Below, piece by piece: positions 32,915-34,507 of a stretch of DNA of 34,507 bases; positions within the stretch are counted from its first letter, which is position 1, and every line of letters begins with the position of its first letter. This stretch comes from a virus, in IMG/VR virus record IMGVR_UViG_3300048599_000204. The stretch is one strand, 5' to 3'. The notes below the pieces were generated by a model. That model made no database searches, was not told the DNA's origin, and worked only from the letters and a program-made list of their open reading frames with translations. Position numbers and translations under genes: made by a program.

Positions 32915-33100
32915 TCAATTGCTGCCGGTGCCGGCGTCGCGGAGCTGCTGCTCCAGCTGGGCCACGCGCTCACGCAGTGTGCGGATCTCGGTGACGGCCG
33001 CCTCGAGCTCACGCCGGCGCATCGGTGGCGCCGTGAGGGCGGTCTCGGGTGTCACTGCCAGCCACCGGTTGAGGGTGGCCAGGATGTCTTGCTTTGGCAT
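32915..33100 (-). CDS. Small coiled-coil protein (61 aa)
   Basis: The ATG follows GAAGGA. ELEAAVTEIRTLRERVAQLEQQL. Confidence 0.55.
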   Translation of the reverse strand: MPKQDILATLNRWLAVTPETALTAPPMRRRELEAAVTEIRTLRERVAQLEQQLRDAGTGSN

Positions 33101-33114
33101 GTGCGGTCCTTCGC

Positions 33115-33222
33115 TTAACTCCCGGCGCCGGCGGCCACGAGCACGAAGCCCAGCACGCCGACGATGCCAACAATGAGCATGATGTAGAACATGCCAGAGT
33201 AACCGTCTTCCTGCTCGTCCAT
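33115..33222 (-). CDS. Possible 35-aa membrane peptide
   Basis: MDEQEDGYSGMFYIMLIVGIVGVLGFVLVAAGAGS. The ATG lies 1 nt after the upstream stop. The rest of the track ORF is an overlap shadow. Confidence 0.4.
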   Translation of the reverse strand: MDEQEDGYSGMFYIMLIVGIVGVLGFVLVAAGAGS

Positions 33223-33223
33223 G

Positions 33224-33622
33224 TCATGCCCCCATGAACTCCACGTCACGGTGCGCGCCAAAGAGCAGGCTGGGCGTGTAGTGCCGTGCCCGCCAATCCT
33301 GGATCGGGCCGGGGTGGCTGGCATTGCTGCGCAGCGGGCTGCCCGGCCGATAACTGCCGGCCATAAGCTCGTAGACGTGGGCGCCCAGCTGGGCGAGGTA
33401 CTGGCGCTGGGCGCGCGCGTCCCCACCAAAGTGCTTGCGCACCATGGCGCGGTACCCTTTGCGGGCAATAGCGCGTCGTCGACGCGCAGGGAGCTTATTG
33501 GCGCGAGCCCGGCCGCCGGCGCTGGCAGCGTGGTTACCAGCGACAAACCGGCCGCGGGCGTCGCGTTCGCGAAGCTGTGGCGGCAAGTCCTTCACAAGCG
33601 GTTCCAACAGTGGTACACTCAT
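33224..33622 (-). CDS. Arg-rich hypothetical protein (132 aa), first gene of the leftward operon
   Basis: The RDARGRFVAGNHAASAGGRARA motif resembles GRF..GNSGNPGGRP boxes of phage/plasmid proteins of unknown function. Weak RBS. Confidence 0.55.
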   Translation of the reverse strand: MSVPLLEPLVKDLPPQLRERDARGRFVAGNHAASAGGRARANKLPARRRRAIARKGYRAMVRKHFGGDARAQRQYLAQLGAHVYELMAGSYRPGSPLRSNASHPGPIQDWRARHYTPSLLFGAHRDVEFMGA

Positions 33623-33657
33623 CTTTGCATTGGTACTTTCGGGGCTGTGCCCCAAGG

Positions 33658-33690
33658 CCGGCAGGGTGTTCGAGCACCCTGCCGGTTTTT
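33658..33690 (+). terminator. Intrinsic-terminator-like hairpin oriented for + strand transcription
   Basis: CCGGCAGGGTG ttcgag CACCCTGCCGG followed by TTTTT. An 11-bp perfect stem. Confidence 0.5.
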
Positions 33691-33752
33691 GTTGGGATGG
33701 CGGTGGCGGCCGCCGCTGTGCCGGGACCCGTCCGAGCTTGCGGCTCGGGCGG

Positions 33753-33835
33753 CCCTGCCAAGGCCGGATGTCAATCGATAGAACTTACCATAAGCATTAA
33801 TCGATTGTTGATGGTTGGATCCGGCCCTGGCAGGG
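33753..33835. promoter_or_regulatory. Nested inverted repeats around an AT-rich core: candidate switch operator or attP
   Basis: The outer arms CCCTGCCAAGGCCGG (33753-33767) and CCGGCCCTGGCAGGG (33821-33835) match 14/15. The inner arms are CAATCGAT (33772-33779) and ATCGATTG (33800-33807). Confidence 0.45.
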
Positions 33836-33863
33836 TATTAAGTGATATGCAAGGATTTTGTAA
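33835..33863 (-). promoter_or_regulatory. Candidate leftward early promoter: TTACAA, 17-nt spacer, TAATAC
   Basis: Read on the minus strand. The predicted start site falls in the outer inverted-repeat arm. Confidence 0.35.
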
Positions 33864-33900
33864 GGGCCTAGTGGCTACTAACCTCCTTTGCCGTCGTTTG

Positions 33901-33943
33901 TGATAGACTGGAGGCCAGGGTGTCCGCTACTCCCGGCCTCCAG
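33901..33943 (+). promoter_or_regulatory. Candidate int promoter (TGa-TAGACT) overlapping a 9-bp inverted repeat CTGGAGGCC / GGCCTCCAG
   Basis: Extended -10-like box at 33901-33909. Inverted-repeat arms at 33908-33916 and 33935-33943, about 40 nt upstream of the int GTG. Confidence 0.3.
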
Positions 33944-33983
33944 ACCTACCCGAACCCCAAATGGTAGACGGAGGAGCAGAACC

Positions 33984-34507
33984 GTGAAACATACGATTAA
34001 CTTGGAGCCTGCTCAGGAAATCCTGGACGGGCGCCAGCTCACCCCACTGATCCGGCGTTGGCTCGAAGAGCAACGAATTAGAACGGACGTTTCGGCGCAT
34101 ACTGCCGGGTGCTATGCTAACAAGGTCGCATATTTCATTGAATGGTGGGAGCACGTGGGTCCCTGGTGTGACTGGGAGCTGACCAAGGATCGAATTGCCC
34201 AGTTCAATAACTGGCTAATGGTGGTGGACTCTCAGTATGGGACCAAGCTGCAGTACAACACTCGCAAGGACATTGCCAAGCGCCTGCGCCAGTGCTTTCG
34301 CTGGGCGAAGGAGCGTGACTATGTGCAGCTCGACATTGCGAGCTGGGTGCAGAACCCAACCGGCGAGGCGCCGCTGCGTGAAAAAGCGACCCTAGACGAA
34401 CTAGCGGCCCTGATGCGTGCGGCGGGTCAAACCAGGAACCAGGTTCGCAACGAAGCGCTGCTGGCCATCTACATTGGCACCGGTGTGCGCCGTGCTGAAG
34501 CGGTTGG
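33984..34507 (+). CDS. int: Tyrosine recombinase / integrase, 5' part (continues at 1..584 across the circular junction; 326 aa in total)
   Basis: GTG at 33984 sits 7 nt after GGAGGAG (33970-33976). The frame is open to the window end and in frame with the ATG at 33 of the first copy. The N-terminal SAM-like core-binding region reads VKHTINLEPAQEILDGRQLTPLIRRWLEEQ... Confidence 0.9.
   Translation, partial: MKHTINLEPAQEILDGRQLTPLIRRWLEEQRIRTDVSAHTAGCYANKVAYFIEWWEHVGPWCDWELTKDRIAQFNNWLMVVDSQYGTKLQYNTRKDIAKRLRQCFRWAKERDYVQLDIASWVQNPTGEAPLREKATLDELAALMRAAGQTRNQVRNEALLAIYIGTGVRRAEAV
34381..34507. repeat. Terminal overlap copy 2, identical to 1..127
   Basis: Same 127-base string as the window start. 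It lies inside the integrase reading frame, so it is a closure artefact of a circular molecule rather than a biological repeat. Confidence 0.97.

Larger units (their letters stand above)
1..34380. mobile_element. One unit length of a complete circular temperate phage (siphovirus-like, HK97-type head module) or phage-plasmid genome
   Basis: An exact 127-bp end overlap closes the circle. A full set of integrase, replication, partition, packaging, head, tail and lysis-like genes lies in two convergent blocks. Confidence 0.85.

Noticed and set aside
33658-33690. tRNA 3' fragment (TTCGAG loop resembling a T-loop) as an attP core
   Set aside because: The loop is 6 nt, not 7, and the stem continues directly into what would be the acceptor arm. 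This is a simple hairpin, not a tRNA T-arm/acceptor arrangement.

Overview
The window is a complete, circularly closed, GC-rich temperate siphovirus-like genome, possibly a phage-plasmid. Bases 1-127 repeat exactly at 34381-34507, so the unique length is 34380 bp, and the tyrosine integrase gene runs across the artificial ends (33984..34507 joined to 1..584).

Rightward (+) block, about 1.0-24.1 kb:
- a lower-GC secreted-protein moron
- a polysaccharide-lyase-like enzyme followed by holin-like membrane proteins (lysis-like cassette)
- a translationally coupled module headed by a large tandem-repeat protein
- HNH endonuclease, TerS and TerL
- an unusual insert (membrane protein, hypothetical, solo LuxR-type HTH, promoter-leader-terminator cassette)
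- HK97-type portal, prohead protease and major capsid
- two glycosyltransferase-like genes
- connector and neck genes, major tail protein, and the G/GT chaperone pair with a -1 frameshift
- tape measure, Dit, a Tal-like protein with HxH repeats, and a tail fibre

Leftward (-) block, about 24.1-33.6 kb: MazG, an oversized ParB, ParA, three membrane proteins, a lambda-O-like initiator with iterons inside its own gene, and small early genes.

The most notable signal is five perfect copies of the 16-bp palindrome CGTTTCCCGGGAAACG scattered around the circle. It is an exact hybrid of the canonical parS and Noc-binding (NBS) sequences. I read them as dispersed centromere or regulatory sites for the phage ParB.

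No rRNA, tRNA or CRISPR array was seen, and no recognisable CI/Cro-type repressor. All family names come from my own reading of the translated ORFs, motifs and synteny. No database search was run.
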